This document shows positions 63,601 to 64,000 of a stretch of 64,000 bases of DNA, piece by piece. Source of the stretch: Octopus bimaculoides (Eukaryota); the NCBI RefSeq assembly GCF_001194135.2, contig NC_068990.1:79672821-79736820 (forward strand), in the 5' to 3' direction. Numbering within the stretch: the first letter of the stretch is position 1; the number at the start of each line of letters is the position of its first letter. A program made the position numbers and the translations under genes. A model generated the notes under the pieces. That model was not told where the DNA came from. It ran no database searches and was given only the letters and a program-made list of their open reading frames with translations.

Positions 63601-64000
63601 GACACTAGTGTAATCAGTTGAAACTTTGTTCTAAGAACTATCTAAGTGTCAAGACCAACGTTTTAAAATGGTAATACCGTAGCTTTCGAGTTTCACACAC
63701 CACGTGTATCAGTAACTCTTTTGATCACGTAATATTTCACTTGACACCAGGGCTCCTTCATATTTTAAACATGTATCTGCTCTATGCTCTAACTTTTTAA
63801 GAGGTGCATTTTATTGGCTGAACTGTATAGAACCTGGAGTGCATGCTGTGTAGGGAGGTCACGAAACTTATCGAGATGACTGTATTGAGTGAAATTTTGT
63901 AGCTCATTTCTGTCAAACTTCATCTATGTCTTCAGTATCTATCTGAGACATTGTAAAATGTAGACTTTAACCATTAATCTTAAAGTGAATCTAGATTTAA

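Noticed and set aside
63670-63730. Second hammerhead-like motif on the minus strand (GAGTT...AACTC-GAAA)
   Set aside because: The CUGANGA box is not preserved; the same applies to weak matches near 2690-2730, 35710-35770 and 41310-41340

Overview
AT-rich, repeat-dense eukaryotic genomic DNA with N-gaps at microsatellites and homopolymers. The tRNA-derived SINEs, microsatellite load and TGEKP-type C2H2 array suggest a coleoid cephalopod, probably Octopus (inference, not a database result). The first 12 kb holds the recognisable genes. Two divergent-sequence histone H2B genes lie tail-to-tail in an inverted duplication (632-1665 / 4199-5053), both with 3' stem-loops. An H2A pseudogene is divergently paired with the second H2B. 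An intact single-exon 16-finger C2H2 zinc-finger ORF (10412-11908, minus) has relic fingers past its stop. The rest is mostly transposon debris: mariner, hAT, L2 and RTE relics, a gag-like ORF1-only retroelement, three or more SINE families, and several MITEs with clear TSDs, including two Merlin-type families carrying TTAGGG tracts. The most notable unannotated signal is a candidate Penelope-type hammerhead ribozyme at 51200-51315. I could not support any protein-coding exon between about 12 and 64 kb. Most short ORFs in the track are microsatellite or TE noise.
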